A stretch of 64,000 nt of DNA from an uncultured Actinomycetota bacterium (GTDB lineage: Bacteria; Actinomycetota; Actinomycetes; JAHEKZ01), in contig CAWHIJ010000003.1 of NCBI GenBank assembly GCA_963829525.1, positions 1,440,001-1,504,000 on the forward strand, read 5' to 3'. Below, in pieces: positions 1 through 11,073 of the stretch. The translations under genes and the position numbers were made by a program. Within the stretch, counting starts at the first letter, position 1. Each line of letters opens with the position of its first letter. Below the pieces are notes generated by a model. The model was not told where the DNA came from. It searched no databases and worked only from the letters and a program-made list of their open reading frames with translations.

Positions 1-1
1 G

Positions 2-667
2 CTCGATGCCGACCTGCGACCAGAGGGACGCAACGGTGCGCTCGTGCGCACCGTCGCGTCTTACCGGGCCTACTACGAGCGCTGGTCGTTGACGTGGGAG
101 AGCCAGGCACTTCTTCGAGCTCAGCCAATGGCTGGCGATGAGTCCGTGGGCAGGGCCTTCACCGATCTGATCGACTCGCTCCGATGGCCCCAGGGCGGAC
201 TGCCGCCTTCGGCGGTGACCGAGATCCGGCGAGTCAAAGCACGAGTTGAGTCAGAGCGGCTTCCCCGTGGTGCCGATCCAGCCCTACACACCAAACTAGG
301 CCCAGGGGGTCTGGCCGATGTCGAGTGGACTGTGCAACTGCTCCAGATGGAGCACGCAGCGGCAGTCAACTCGTTGCGGACGACCAGCACGCTGGCGGCG
401 CTGTCAGCGTCGCGAGAGGCAGGCCTGCTTTCCGACGACGACACCGAGGTGCTGTGCGCGGCGTGGCTGCTGGCGACTCACATCCGGGACGCCATCATGG
501 TGGCCAAGGGACGACCGTCCGACAGTGTTCCCCGCGACACCGGAGATCTTGCCCTTGTGGCAGGTGTCATGGGGTACGAACCTGGTCGGTCCGGTGAACT
601 CGTCGAGGACTACCGCAGGGTCTCCCGACGGGCCCGGACCGTCGTGGAGAAGGTGTTCTACACGTGA
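2..667 (+). CDS. glnE: Glutamate-ammonia-ligase adenylyltransferase, C-terminal part (5' truncated by window edge)
   Basis: Frame from base 2 reads LDADLRPEGRNGALVR, then WESQALLRA and KLGPGGLADVEWTVQLLQ, typical GlnE motifs. Confidence 0.95.
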   Translation, partial: LDADLRPEGRNGALVRTVASYRAYYERWSLTWESQALLRAQPMAGDESVGRAFTDLIDSLRWPQGGLPPSAVTEIRRVKARVESERLPRGADPALHTKLGPGGLADVEWTVQLLQMEHAAAVNSLRTTSTLAALSASREAGLLSDDDTEVLCAAWLLATHIRDAIMVAKGRPSDSVPRDTGDLALVAGVMGYEPGRSGELVEDYRRVSRRARTVVEKVFYT

Positions 668-1935
668 CAGACCAGCTCACCTCCGGCGCAGCGCGGTATC
701 GAGCTGTGCTGGGGAACACCGAGCTGGTGGCACTTCTTGTCGCCCGGCTGCTGTCCGGGATCGGGGACCAGCTCGCACGCGTGGTCCTCGCTCTTTTCGT
801 GCTCGATCGCAGCGACGGGAACGCGTTGTTGGCCGCGACGGTCTTGGCTGTCTCATACGTCCCCAGCACATTCGGTTTTGCCTTCCTCGGTTCGCTGGCT
901 GACCGATTCCCTCGACGCTCGGTCATGCTGTGGGCCGATCTCGCGCGCGCCCTCATCGTCACGGTGCTGGCAATCACGGTCGCGAGGGATGCCATCTTCG
1001 CCGCGGTTCTGTTGCTCCTCATAGCCGAGATATTCAGCGCCCCGGCCCTGTCAGCGCGCTCGTCGCTGCTCCCTGACGCGGCACGATCACCGATCGAGTA
1101 CCAAGCTGTCGTCGGGCTCGGTACCACCTTCGAGCAGGTTGTTCAGGTCCTCGGCTTTCTTCTTGCCGGTCTGGCGCTGGGCGTCACCAGCGCTGGCTGG
1201 GTGCTGCTCTTCAACGCGCTGACTTTCTTGATCTCCTACTTGATCGTGTTGGCCTTTGTCACGCCCCGGCCCACCGCGGACGCGGCCGGCACGAGTGCAA
1301 GGCGTCTATGGCAGGACACCAGGTCGGGTCTGCGCACCATCGTCGTAACCCCATCGATCCGGGGAGTTGTCTTCCTGCTCTGGGGGTCGGCTGCTCTGTT
1401 GGTTGCCACCGACGCGGTGGCGCTTCCCTACGCCACCGAAGACGGTGCACCGCCCTGGGCGGCAACGGCACTCTTGGCGGCTACGCCTGCTGGGGCGGCC
1501 GTCGGGGCCCTATTCGTGGCCCGGATACCGATGCAGAGGCAGGTGCGACTGATCTTTCCGCTGGCGATCGCGTCAATGGTGCCGCTGCTGGCAACGGCGG
1601 CTGAGCCCCCGGTCCCCGCAGCGATCGTGCTCTGGGGGATCAACGGGCTCTTCCAGGGATACGTGGTGACCCTGATGGCGCTGTCGATGCAGCTGACCCC
1701 CGAGCACCGCCGCGGGCGGGTCTTCGGCATGGCCGGAGCGGGGTTCAACGGGATGGCGATCGTCGGACTTGTGGGTCTCGGCGCAGTGGCGGAAAGATCG
1801 TCACCTGCTGCGGCAGTTGTCCTCGCCGGTGCAGTGGGGATGACGATTGTGGTCATCGCGGCGTGGCTCTGGCCACACGGGGAGGTACGCTCTGCGGTTC
1901 GCGCCACGTTCGGTGCGGCACCTTCTCAATCCTGA
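664..1935 (+). CDS. MFS transporter
   Basis: About 12 hydrophobic segments; MFS motif A GSLADRFPRRSVM; TPEHRRGRVFG in second half; start overlaps glnE stop (GTGA). Confidence 0.9.
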   Translation: MTDQLTSGAARYRAVLGNTELVALLVARLLSGIGDQLARVVLALFVLDRSDGNALLAATVLAVSYVPSTFGFAFLGSLADRFPRRSVMLWADLARALIVTVLAITVARDAIFAAVLLLLIAEIFSAPALSARSSLLPDAARSPIEYQAVVGLGTTFEQVVQVLGFLLAGLALGVTSAGWVLLFNALTFLISYLIVLAFVTPRPTADAAGTSARRLWQDTRSGLRTIVVTPSIRGVVFLLWGSAALLVATDAVALPYATEDGAPPWAATALLAATPAGAAVGALFVARIPMQRQVRLIFPLAIASMVPLLATAAEPPVPAAIVLWGINGLFQGYVVTLMALSMQLTPEHRRGRVFGMAGAGFNGMAIVGLVGLGAVAERSSPAAAVVLAGAVGMTIVVIAAWLWPHGEVRSAVRATFGAAPSQS

Positions 1936-1974
1936 CTGGGGCAGAAACGTGCGGACGCCATCTCGGAGGGACTC

Positions 1975-3009
1975 ATGAAGGCCTTGGTCAAGCGTGCAGC
2001 AGAGCCGGGTCTCGACCTCGTAGAGGTGCCCGATCCTGAGGTCGAGAGCGGTCAGGTGCTTATCAGGGTCGCTCGCACTGGCATTTGCGGTACCGACCTG
2101 CACATCCGCGCCTGGGACCCATCGGTTCAGTCGATGGTCACTCCGCCCGTGGTCCTCGGCCACGAGATTGCCGGACACGTCGCCGCAGTTGGCCCAGGGG
2201 TGGACACCCTCCTCGAGGGAGATCTGGTGAGTGTCGAGGGGCACATTGTCTGCGGCCGTTGCCGCAACTGCCGGGCCGGACGCCGGCAGCTCTGCCCGAA
2301 CACCAAGGGGGTCGGCGTACATCGCGACGGCGGGTTTGCCGAGTACATCTCGGTGCCGGCCGGAAACGTGTGGCGCCACCCGGCTGCGCTGGATGTCGAG
2401 GTCGCAGCGATCTTCGACCCCTTCGGCAACGCGGTCCACTCCGCGCTGGCATTCCCTGTGCTGGGTGAAGACGTCCTTGTCACCGGAGCGGGCCCAATTG
2501 GGATCATGGCTGCCGCTGTTGCCCGGCATGCGGGCGCTCGTCACGTAGTGGTCACCGATGTCAGTCCCTATCGACTCGAACTGGCCCGCAGCACCGGTGT
2601 CACCCTGGCAGTCGACCCGACGCAACGCGACCTCAGCGACGTGATGAGCGAGCTGGGAATGAAGGAGGGTTGGGACGTCGGTCTGGAGATGTCCGGTGCC
2701 CCGACGGCGCTCGCGAGCATGTTGGAGACGATGGCCAACGGAGGGCGGATCGCCCTGCTCGGGCTGCCGAGCAGTGATGAGGCTCCATTCGACTGGATGA
2801 AGACGATCACGTCGATGCTGACGATCAAGGGGATTTACGGTCGCGAGATGTACGAGACCTGGTACGCGATGTCAGTCCTGGTTGCTGCTGGACTGGACAT
2901 CTCTCCGGTAATCACGCACCGTTTCCCGTACCACCAGTTCGAGGAAGCATTCGACACTGCCTCAAGTGGACGGTGCGGCAAGGTCCTGCTCGACTGGTCG
3001 GAGGTGTGA
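1975..3009 (+). CDS. tdh: L-threonine 3-dehydrogenase
   Basis: [19 protein letters not shown] Zn motifs, [18 protein letters not shown]; adjacent to kbl. Confidence 0.95.
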   Translation: MKALVKRAAEPGLDLVEVPDPEVESGQVLIRVARTGICGTDLHIRAWDPSVQSMVTPPVVLGHEIAGHVAAVGPGVDTLLEGDLVSVEGHIVCGRCRNCRAGRRQLCPNTKGVGVHRDGGFAEYISVPAGNVWRHPAALDVEVAAIFDPFGNAVHSALAFPVLGEDVLVTGAGPIGIMAAAVARHAGARHVVVTDVSPYRLELARSTGVTLAVDPTQRDLSDVMSELGMKEGWDVGLEMSGAPTALASMLETMANGGRIALLGLPSSDEAPFDWMKTITSMLTIKGIYGREMYETWYAMSVLVAAGLDISPVITHRFPYHQFEEAFDTASSGRCGKVLLDWSEV

Positions 3010-3010
3010 C

Positions 3011-4180
3011 GTGTTGGAAGCTCTGAGATCAGAGCTCTCGTCCCGCATTGCAGAGATGCAAGAGACGGGGGTCTTCAAGCCCGAGCGCGTCCTGGTGAGC
3101 CCGCAGGGGACGCACGTCCGAGACGAGGCCGGCCGCGAGATCCTCAACCTCTGCGCCAACAACTACCTCGGGCTCGCCGACGATCCGCGGGTCGTGGCGG
3201 CTGCGTCCAAGACTCTGGAGGAGCGCGGCTTCGGCATGGCCTCGGTCCGCTTCATTTGTGGCACACAGGACATCCACCGCGAGCTGGAGGATCGGCTCGC
3301 CTCGTGGCTTGGCCAGGAGGACACGATCTTGTTCCCGTCCTGCTTCGACGCCAATGGGGGAGTGTTTGAGGCGCTGTTCGATCAGCGAGACGCGGTGATC
3401 TCCGATGTGCTTAACCACGCCAGCATCATCGACGGTGTAAGGCTCTGCAAGGCGCAGCGTTACCGCTATGCCAACCGAGACATGACCGAGCTAGAAGCAC
3501 GCCTGCAAGAAGCTGCCGACGCGCGCTACCGGTTGATCGTCTCCGACGGCGTCTTCTCGATGGACGGCTACTACGCGCCGCTCGATGAAATCTGCGTGCT
3601 GGCCGACCGCTACGACGCGTTGGTGATGGTCGATGACTCGCACGCGGTCGGGTTTGTCGGGGAGGGCGGTCGCGGCACGCCGGCGCGCTACGGCGTCGAA
3701 GATCGGATTGACATCCTTACTGGAACTCTCGGAAAAGCTCTCGGGGGAGCGAGCGGTGGCTACGTAGCTGCTCGCCGTGAGATTGTTGCAGTGTTAAAGC
3801 AGCGTGCACGGCCCTATTTGTTCTCGAACTCCGTTGCACCCGCAGTGGCCGGAGCCACGTTGGCTGTGCTCGACATCCTTGCTGAGTCTGATGAACTCCG
3901 AACTCAGCTCGAACGCAACGCTGCACGGTTCCGGATAGGAATGTCCGCGGCGGGGTTTGAGCTGCTCCCCGGTGAGCACGCCATCGTCCCGGTGATGTTC
4001 GGTGATGCCGTTGAAGCGAGTGCTGTTGCGCAGAGACTTTGGGACGCGGGTGTCTACGCTGTGGCGTTCTCATTCCCGGTTGTGCCCCATGGGCAGGCTC
4101 GGATTCGCGTGCAGCTGTCGGCCGCGCACACCGACGAAGACGTCGATCGTGCCGTAGCCGCTTTCGTCGCGGCCCGTTAA
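3011..4180 (+). CDS. kbl: Glycine C-acetyltransferase (2-amino-3-ketobutyrate CoA ligase)
   Basis: [48 protein letters not shown] lysine motif; GTG start at 3011. Confidence 0.95.
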   Translation: MLEALRSELSSRIAEMQETGVFKPERVLVSPQGTHVRDEAGREILNLCANNYLGLADDPRVVAAASKTLEERGFGMASVRFICGTQDIHRELEDRLASWLGQEDTILFPSCFDANGGVFEALFDQRDAVISDVLNHASIIDGVRLCKAQRYRYANRDMTELEARLQEAADARYRLIVSDGVFSMDGYYAPLDEICVLADRYDALVMVDDSHAVGFVGEGGRGTPARYGVEDRIDILTGTLGKALGGASGGYVAARREIVAVLKQRARPYLFSNSVAPAVAGATLAVLDILAESDELRTQLERNAARFRIGMSAAGFELLPGEHAIVPVMFGDAVEASAVAQRLWDAGVYAVAFSFPVVPHGQARIRVQLSAAHTDEDVDRAVAAFVAAR

Positions 4181-4221
4181 AGACGCTACGGGAATACCTC
4201 CGCTCTAAGAGCGTTTAAGAC

Positions 4222-4244
4222 TACATCGCGATACATCGTGATAC
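4222..4244 (+). promoter_or_regulatory. Tandem 10-bp repeat / imperfect palindrome upstream of PadR gene, putative autoregulatory operator
   Basis: TACATCGCGA-TACATCGTGA-TAC in a relatively AT-rich intergenic region. Confidence 0.4.
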
Positions 4245-4296
4245 GCTCAAGGAGGCAATTCGGTCTCCCTGACCGAAGGCGAAAAGAGACAAGACT

Positions 4297-5001
4297 GTGA
4301 ACGAACCACCGACGAAGCACCCCACGAGACGGACGCCACCGTGGCGGACGTCCAACGAACCCGATCAAGATCCCAGCGACCGGCCAGCTCGTGGCCGGTT
4401 GCGTCGCCGAGGCCGGCGCCACCGCCGTCAGAGCGGCTCCATCACAGGAGGACGCCGAATGTCCCACGACGAGGATGACACTCTGGGCCGCGGAAAGCGC
4501 GGAACCCGCGGACCGCACGGATTTGCCGGTCATCGAGGACGCAACCGGCGAGGCCCCGGCGGTGGCCCGCGAGCCAGTCGTGGCGATGCACGTGCAGCGA
4601 TCCTGGCTTTGCTGGCCGAAGAGCCGATGCACGGCTATCAAGTGATGCATGAACTGGCTGAGCGGACCAGCGGGGCTTGGCGACCGAGCCCTGGTTCGAT
4701 CTACCCGGCCCTTCGCCGACTCTCTGACGAAGGCTTGGTGTCGAGCACGGAACAGGACGGCCGACGCGTCTTCCAACTCACTGAGGCCGGACGCAAGGCC
4801 GTTACAGAGGCTGGCGACGGCATACCGCCATGGGAGCGTTTGGCTCCCTCCGCTGGTGACATCGACCTGCGCAAGACCATCTTCAGTGTTGCGGCTGCCG
4901 CCAAACAGGTCGCCGCTACCGGAACATCAGAGCAGTTAGCGCAAGCCGACGAGATCCTCACCCAGGCTCGCAAGCACCTCTACCAGCTGCTTGCCGAGTA
5001 A
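4297..5001 (+). CDS. PadR family transcriptional regulator with Arg/Gly-rich N-terminus (alternative start 4459)
   Basis: RGDARAAILALLAEEPMHGYQVMHEL...WRPSPGSIYPAL...RRVFQLTEAG winged HTH. Confidence 0.9.
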   Translation: MNEPPTKHPTRRTPPWRTSNEPDQDPSDRPARGRLRRRGRRHRRQSGSITGGRRMSHDEDDTLGRGKRGTRGPHGFAGHRGRNRRGPGGGPRASRGDARAAILALLAEEPMHGYQVMHELAERTSGAWRPSPGSIYPALRRLSDEGLVSSTEQDGRRVFQLTEAGRKAVTEAGDGIPPWERLAPSAGDIDLRKTIFSVAAAAKQVAATGTSEQLAQADEILTQARKHLYQLLAE

Positions 5002-5069
5002 GTACCGATGGAAGCTGGGACAGCGCCGCGCCGTCCCAGCTTGCTCGCTGACACACCCGAGGCCCTCGA

Positions 5070-5744
5070 TCAGGTGGCGACGGCTGCCACTGCCAACACC
5101 CCGAACGCGTTGGCTGCCCAATGCAGCCCGATCGGTGCGAGAAGGCTGTCACTGCGCCGACGCATTTCGCACAAGAGCACTCCTGCGGCCCCGGTGACAA
5201 CCATGGTCACGACCACTGTGCCGATCACGACAACTGAGCCCGACGCCACCGAGTCGGCTCCATCGTTTGTCTCGGCGAACCGCAGGGCGGGGAGCGTGTG
5301 CCAGACCCCGAAGAGCAGCGAGCTGCCCGCTGTAGCCCACGTGGCGGACCAGCGGCTGCGCAGTTGGGACCACAGCACGCCCCGGAATGCGATCTCCTCC
5401 CAGAGCACCGTTCCGAGGGGAACGGTGACAGCAGCGCGCCATAGGGCGTCCGGCCACCCATCGTCGAAGCGACTGTCCTCGAGGAGCACCTGGAATGGGG
5501 TCACGGCAACGATGAGATAGCCCAGGGCCACGACAGTTGCGGCGACCAGGGCCCAGCGGGCGCCACGTCCTGCGGTAGTCCGCGCCATGCCCAGGTCGTC
5601 CCAGGACAAACCCGAGCTTCGTCCGACGGCGAGAAGGAGCGCTGCTGAGGCCCCCGCGACGACGAGATCTAGCGACGTCACGCGCAACAGGGTGAATGCC
5701 GCCAGCATCAGCGCGAGGGTGAGAGTGATCCAGCGTGCTCTCAT
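5070..5744 (-). CDS. CPBP (Abi/CAAX) family intramembrane metalloprotease
   Basis: EEIAFRG, FGVWH, HWAAN motifs; multiple TM helices. Confidence 0.9.
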   Translation of the reverse strand: MRARWITLTLALMLAAFTLLRVTSLDLVVAGASAALLLAVGRSSGLSWDDLGMARTTAGRGARWALVAATVVALGYLIVAVTPFQVLLEDSRFDDGWPDALWRAAVTVPLGTVLWEEIAFRGVLWSQLRSRWSATWATAGSSLLFGVWHTLPALRFAETNDGADSVASGSVVVIGTVVVTMVVTGAAGVLLCEMRRRSDSLLAPIGLHWAANAFGVLAVAAVAT

Positions 5745-6574
5745 CGGGTTTGCGCGTTGGTGAGGGATTCCCTGATGAGGGTGCCGATTCCGCGCATGGC
5801 GGCGAGCACGACGTCACGCGTGGTGTCCTTCGAATCTTGGGGTGTCCAGTTAGCCAGAACCGCGTAGGTCACCGCTTCGTCCCCCACATCCACGACGCCC
5901 ATGTCACAGCGGACACCGTCGTTGGTTCCGGTCTTGTTCCAGAGTCGGACACCCCGGTCGACGTCAACATGAGCAAGGGGATCGAGGCCGAAGGCCGATG
6001 CCACCATCGACAGGTCGGTGTTGGTCGACATCCAGCCGGTGACCTTGCTGCAGACGCCGGGGGAGATCTCGCTTGAATCATGCAGAGCTCGGCAGAGCCG
6101 AACGAGGTCTCTGGCCGAGCCGGATGAGAGCGACTGGGGATGTTCACGGAGCCTACGGTCGCGGACGATGTCGTGCAGGGCAGTCCTTCTGAGGCCGAGA
6201 CGTTGCCCGGTGTCGGCAACCTGCATGAGTCCAACTGCCGAAATGAGGACATTGGTCGCAAGGTTGTCACTTGTCGCCCCAACAATCGTGCAGAGGTCAT
6301 TGACGGACAGGCTGTCGACGTCCAGGTGCTGCCAAAGCCCGGAGTCAGCAACCGGGGCCACAGCTGATCGGGACAGAAGCGCATCTGCGCCAAGGGCACC
6401 GGACTCGATGAGTTCGGCCGTGGCAATCAGCAGCAGAACCTTCCCGATGCTGGCGGTGGCGCAGACTCGGTCGGCATCGACCTCGAGCAGTGGCGTCGTG
6501 CGCTCCGCGTGTGTGACCAGAACTGACCAAAGCACCTCACCCGGCAGGTGGGCAGGACCTGAGTCGGTGTTCAC
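5741..6574 (-). CDS. Serine hydrolase, class A beta-lactamase-like
   Basis: SxxK (ASIGKV), SDN, KTG motifs; no signal peptide. Confidence 0.85.
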   Translation of the reverse strand: MNTDSGPAHLPGEVLWSVLVTHAERTTPLLEVDADRVCATASIGKVLLLIATAELIESGALGADALLSRSAVAPVADSGLWQHLDVDSLSVNDLCTIVGATSDNLATNVLISAVGLMQVADTGQRLGLRRTALHDIVRDRRLREHPQSLSSGSARDLVRLCRALHDSSEISPGVCSKVTGWMSTNTDLSMVASAFGLDPLAHVDVDRGVRLWNKTGTNDGVRCDMGVVDVGDEAVTYAVLANWTPQDSKDTTRDVVLAAMRGIGTLIRESLTNAQTR

Positions 6575-6703
6575 GGCAGCGAGATGCGGGGGATCGGGCC
6601 CGAGAAGTACTCGGTGTGGTCGAGGAACATGGTGCCGAGGGTACGTGCCGGCGGGGGACTTCTGCCCCTACCGTTCCCGTTACGTGGGCGTGACGCTGAG
6701 GTC

Positions 6704-7258
6704 ATGGCTGAGGTGCTCATCATCTACGGGTCCAGCGAGGGCCACACTGCCGTGGTCGTCGATCATCTTCGTCATCCTCTGGAGGCAGCCGGGCACCTGG
6801 TTAGGGCCTGCTCGGTCGACGATGCCCCGACCTGCCCTGTCGGCTATGACCTCGTACTGGTTGGCTCTTCCATTCACCAGGGTCACCACCACAGGGCAGT
6901 GACCCGATGGGTCAAGGGAAATGCCGAACTCCTGGGACGAATGCCATCTGCATTCTTCCAAGTCAGTCTGTCGTCGGCCGGCGACGCGGCGGGGGCGGTC
7001 GAGGCGGAGCGCTACGTCGACGACCTCATGCGCGCTACCGGTTGGCGTCCCGACGTGGTGGGACTCTTCGGCGGGGCCTTGATGTACACGCACTATGGAC
7101 GTGTCAAGCGCACGATGATGAAGTCGATCGCTGGTGCGACGGGGCTCGACACCGATGTGCGCCGCGACTACGACTACACCGACTACGAGGACGTCGACAG
7201 GTTCGCGCGAGAGGTCACAGCGCTGCTGGATCCTGCCCCTCATGCGGCGTCAGCGTGA
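6704..7258 (+). CDS. Flavodoxin-domain protein, HemG (protoporphyrinogen oxidase)-like
   Basis: IIYGSSEGHT, GSSIHQGHH, AFFQVSL, FGGALMYTHYG, YDYTDYEDV; ATG at 6704. Confidence 0.8.
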   Translation: MAEVLIIYGSSEGHTAVVVDHLRHPLEAAGHLVRACSVDDAPTCPVGYDLVLVGSSIHQGHHHRAVTRWVKGNAELLGRMPSAFFQVSLSSAGDAAGAVEAERYVDDLMRATGWRPDVVGLFGGALMYTHYGRVKRTMMKSIAGATGLDTDVRRDYDYTDYEDVDRFAREVTALLDPAPHAASA

Positions 7259-7278
7259 AGCGGCCCGGAACGTCGCGT

Positions 7279-8120
7279 TCAGAGATCTTCAAAGCAGTGA
7301 CCTGACCCCAGGGCCGCGAGTCCGGTGAGATCGCCACGACCGAACGACGCCACGAGCGGACGGGCACTGGGATACATGAGTTGTCGTTGATCATCAACAT
7401 GAGCGAGGCCCACCAGATGGCCGAGTTCGTGGGTGATCGTGGCGATGACCACGGCGCGACCGCTGTTGAGGGTCAGCAACTCGCCGAGTTGGTTGGCATC
7501 GAAGACCACCTGACCAGAAACCAGAGCCAGTTGATCGTCGTCAGTGCTGACGGGTTCGCTTCCAGCCAGTCCGACGACTGGTCCGGAGAGCTCGCTGAAC
7601 TCACTGGGAGTGCTCCAGGCGACAAGTACCGGTGCCCAGCGGTCGCCATATCGTTCGGGAAGGTAGTTGGATCGGGTTGCTGATGGCGCCTCGTTGGTGA
7701 GGCCGTCGTCGATGAACTGCAGGCCGGTCGCTGCTGAGACGTTCGCCAGTGCCTGGGGGAGCAGGTCTTGGGCACCGGCCGGAGCCCCATCGGGACGGAC
7801 GACGTAGTGAATCGGACGGCACGGGTCGAAGGCGACTGGCTCGGTCGAGCTGGGCTGGGTCTGCAGGAACGCGTAGTTCGGGTCAGCCGGCACTCTCATG
7901 GTCGGCAGCACCAGTCGCTCGCCGCTGGAAGTGATGGTGGTCGGTCGCCCTAACCCGGCGTCGTCGATCTGGCGTTGCCAGACCCCGAAGGCCAGTGGAA
8001 TTGCGAAGGCCAGCGCCAGGACGAGAGCTCGGATCGCGATCGTCGGTGTGGTCGAGCTGGGGGCGAGAGGCACTTGTAGTACGTCGACCCGTGGTCCGAG
8101 CGTCTTGATGCCCCCGTGGG
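7279..8120 (-). CDS. Matrixin family (M10) metalloprotease, membrane anchored; start uncertain
   Basis: HELGHLVGLAH zinc motif and Met-turn QLMYP; N-terminal TM helix; PVAFDPCRPIHYVV. Confidence 0.85.
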
Positions 8121-8125
8121 TGTGC

Positions 8126-8314
8126 TCAGCCGCCGGACTTGCGACGGAACTCGCGCTTGGCCCCATGGGCGTGGGTGTCTTCGGCTCCGTGCGGCGAGTC
8201 GGGGCCACCTGTTCCGAGGGTGTCATGTGTCTGCTTGTTCTTGCGCTCGAGCGCCTCGCGGAACTTTGCCTTGACGTCCTCGGTGGACCCTGACTGATCG
8301 CTCTTGTCGCTCAT
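8126..8314 (-). CDS. Small conserved actinobacterial protein (DUF5302-like)
   Basis: EDVKAKFREALERK...HGAKREFRRKSGG; ATG at 8314. Confidence 0.8.
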   Translation of the reverse strand: MSDKSDQSGSTEDVKAKFREALERKNKQTHDTLGTGGPDSPHGAEDTHAHGAKREFRRKSGG

Positions 8315-8395
8315 GGGAACGAGCATGCTCTGCGGCAAGTGGTCGGTCAAGCCAGTCCCCTCCCGTAGGACGGCGTGGCCTGGCACTCTTGACCC

Positions 8396-9502
8396 ATGGA
8401 CCGGTGCGCTGTCTTCGTCGATGCTGGGTACCTCGGTGAGAGCGTCAAGGTCCTGCTGACCGAGGGGTCGCCTGGTCGACGGGTGCGAGCGGACCGGCCC
8501 GCGCTCGTCGAAGCCCTTGCCGACCGTGCCATCAAGGACACCGGCCTGCCACTTCTCCGCCTGTACTGGTATGACGCCGCTCCGAACCGGGTGCCCTTTC
8601 CCGACCAACGCGAACTCGGACGGCTCAGCGACGTCAAGCTGCGGCTCGGAAACCTCCGCGAGCGCGACGGTGGACGTCGAGCGCAGAAGGGCGTCGATGC
8701 CGACCTGCACGCCGACATGACAGAGCTCGCTCGAAACAAGGCCGCTGCCGATTTTGTCCTTCTCACCGGCGATGAGGATCTACTCCGCGCCGTTGAGGAG
8801 GTTCAGAAGTACGGGGTCCGGCTACACCTGTGGGGGGTCGACTGTCCGCCGGAGAGCTCGAATCAGTCACTCGAGCTGATCATGGCTGCTGATCGGCGCC
8901 GGGTGCTGGATGCAGAGTTCCTCCGAGCGCTCTACACCGTCTTCCCCGATCCATCAGAGGTCGCGGCGGGAGTAGCTGAGGTTGCTGCCGCCAGTGAGCG
9001 AACGGTCGGTGACGCAGCTACTGAGGAATCTGCCGCCGATCCGCACGTCGAGACCCCACATGTTCCGACGCCCGCCGAGGTCGCTGCTCTGCGCAAGCCA
9101 GCGGCACCAAGCAAACCAGTGCCGTCCCGCCTGCTCTTCACATCCACTGGACGAGGTTCTGGTTACGTCCTTGGGCCGGCCGAAGACCAGCTCCTGCGCC
9201 TTTCGGACGTCTCGACGCGTGAGGAACGGGCCCGCGACGACGCCGAGGACGGCGCTGTGACCAAGGCGGTCGGGGCGCGCGATGCCGGTCGCACCTACGG
9301 AGACCGCTGGCGACTTCGTGCCACAGAGGAGATGCGAGCCGGCCTGCAGGCATCGAGGCCGCTGATCCCGCGACGAATCGATGCCGAGCTGCTCGGGTAT
9401 GCCGACGCCCGGGGAATCGATACCTGGCACGACGAGCATGCCAAGCACGAGGTGCGTGAGGGCTTCTGGTCGGCGCTCGGCCAGGCCGACTCGGCCGGCT
9501 AG
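8396..9502 (+). CDS. NYN domain-containing protein (LabA/DUF88)
   Basis: AVFVDAGYL, LRLYWYDA, QKGVDADL, LLTGDEDL PIN-like acidic motifs. Confidence 0.9.
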   Translation: MDRCAVFVDAGYLGESVKVLLTEGSPGRRVRADRPALVEALADRAIKDTGLPLLRLYWYDAAPNRVPFPDQRELGRLSDVKLRLGNLRERDGGRRAQKGVDADLHADMTELARNKAAADFVLLTGDEDLLRAVEEVQKYGVRLHLWGVDCPPESSNQSLELIMAADRRRVLDAEFLRALYTVFPDPSEVAAGVAEVAAASERTVGDAATEESAADPHVETPHVPTPAEVAALRKPAAPSKPVPSRLLFTSTGRGSGYVLGPAEDQLLRLSDVSTREERARDDAEDGAVTKAVGARDAGRTYGDRWRLRATEEMRAGLQASRPLIPRRIDAELLGYADARGIDTWHDEHAKHEVREGFWSALGQADSAG

Positions 9503-10989
9503 CTGCTGACGACCCGGAAGAGGCTCATGTCCTTGACGAGGGCGCCACGAACGTGACCGAACGGGGCGGCGGCCGTCTGCTGCAGGAAGCCGACGACCTC
9601 TTGGGTGACGACCTCACCTGGCAGCAGGTTGGGGATTCCGGGCGGGTAGGCGGCAACGGTGTCGGCTGACACGCGACCGATGGCGTCCTCGGCCGAGACG
9701 ACCTCTGTGGCGCTGAAGTAGGCGTCTCGCACGCTGCTGGCACGAGGGCCGGGAGCCGGGAGCTGGATCGCGTGAGCCTGGCTGACCCCGACCCGGGGCA
9801 GCCGGTGCAGCGCGTCCAGCAGGCGGTCGACATCGGGGATGGCGCCAGCACCCACAACGGCAACGATCACCGAGTCGGTGGACATCTCGAAGTGGATGCG
9901 GTGCTGCTCGAAGAGCAGGTGGCGAGCTTCGTGCCCGCTGATGCCGCCAGCGCGCGTGTCGATCACGATGCGCAGAGGGTCGATCGCGACGACGTCATCG
10001 AACTCGAGCATGTGGCCGTCGAGGATGCTGAACCGACCTTCAGCCTCGATGCGGCCGCGGATCTTCTCGACGGCGTCCAAGCTTGCACCGATCGTGGTGT
10101 GTCCGTTGACGGCGAGCTGGTGACGCGCGTGGTCGAGGGAAGCCATCAGCAGGGCCGAAGCCGACGTTGACTGCATGGAGCGAAAGGCACGGTCGAGGAG
10201 CGGTTCGAGACGGTCGGCGAAGTCGCCGTTTCCCAGATGCAGCATCGCAGACTGTGTGAGGGAGCCAGCGAGCTTGTGGGTGGACGAGATCACCAGATCG
10301 GCGCCGAGCCGCAGCGCGTTCACCGGCAGTCGCGGGTGGAAGCCGAAGTGCGAGCCCCATGCCTCGTCGACCACGAGCGGGACACCATGGCGGTGCGCAA
10401 CCTCGGCCAACGCTGCCACGTCAGCGACGGCGCCGAAGTAGGAGGGGGTCACGACGTAGGCCGCGACGGCGTCGGGGTTGACGGTCAGCGACTCGTCCAG
10501 TGAGGCGGGGGTGATGCCGTGAGCGATACCGAGCTCGGCGTCGATGCTGGGGTAGACGAATGCGGCGTCCATACCGGCGAGCGCAAGGCCGTCGATGACC
10601 GATGAATGCACTGAGCGCTGCAGGACTACCTGCGTGCCGAGGCCGCGGAGTGCCAAGCACGCCACCAGGTTGCCTTTGCTGGCCCCGTTCGTGAGGAACC
10701 AGGTGCGCTTGCCGCCCCAGGCCTGGGCGGCGAGGTAGGCGGCCTGCCCTAGGGGGGTGGGGGCGTCGCCGAAGTCGATGCCCTGCGTGAGTGGTGGGAT
10801 GTCGAGGTCGAGGACACGTTGCCCCAGGAAGTCGGCCAGTCCAGGCTGTGCGTGGGCGGACGCCTGATGCCCCGGTACGTCCAGGCGCAAGACGTCGGAG
10901 TCGGCGTACTCCGTCAGCGCGTCGGCGTACGGGGTGCAGGTCTGGTCGAGACCGGGCAGGTGGGCGGCGAGGGCGTCATGGGGAGTCAC
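9499..10989 (-). CDS. Orn/Lys/Arg decarboxylase, PLP-dependent
   Basis: VPGH, FLTNGAS, VVDEAWGSH, SSTHKLAGSLTQ, AYPPGIPNLLPGE. Confidence 0.9.
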   Translation of the reverse strand: MTPHDALAAHLPGLDQTCTPYADALTEYADSDVLRLDVPGHQASAHAQPGLADFLGQRVLDLDIPPLTQGIDFGDAPTPLGQAAYLAAQAWGGKRTWFLTNGASKGNLVACLALRGLGTQVVLQRSVHSSVIDGLALAGMDAAFVYPSIDAELGIAHGITPASLDESLTVNPDAVAAYVVTPSYFGAVADVAALAEVAHRHGVPLVVDEAWGSHFGFHPRLPVNALRLGADLVISSTHKLAGSLTQSAMLHLGNGDFADRLEPLLDRAFRSMQSTSASALLMASLDHARHQLAVNGHTTIGASLDAVEKIRGRIEAEGRFSILDGHMLEFDDVVAIDPLRIVIDTRAGGISGHEARHLLFEQHRIHFEMSTDSVIVAVVGAGAIPDVDRLLDALHRLPRVGVSQAHAIQLPAPGPRASSVRDAYFSATEVVSAEDAIGRVSADTVAAYPPGIPNLLPGEVVTQEVVGFLQQTAAAPFGHVRGALVKDMSLFRVVSS

Positions 10990-11073
10990 CCCTTCAGGAT
11001 CGGCCAGGGAAGCATGAAAGAGAAGGTGGCAACTATCTGGTGCGGCTCCATACTGATTATGTAGGCTGAGCGG

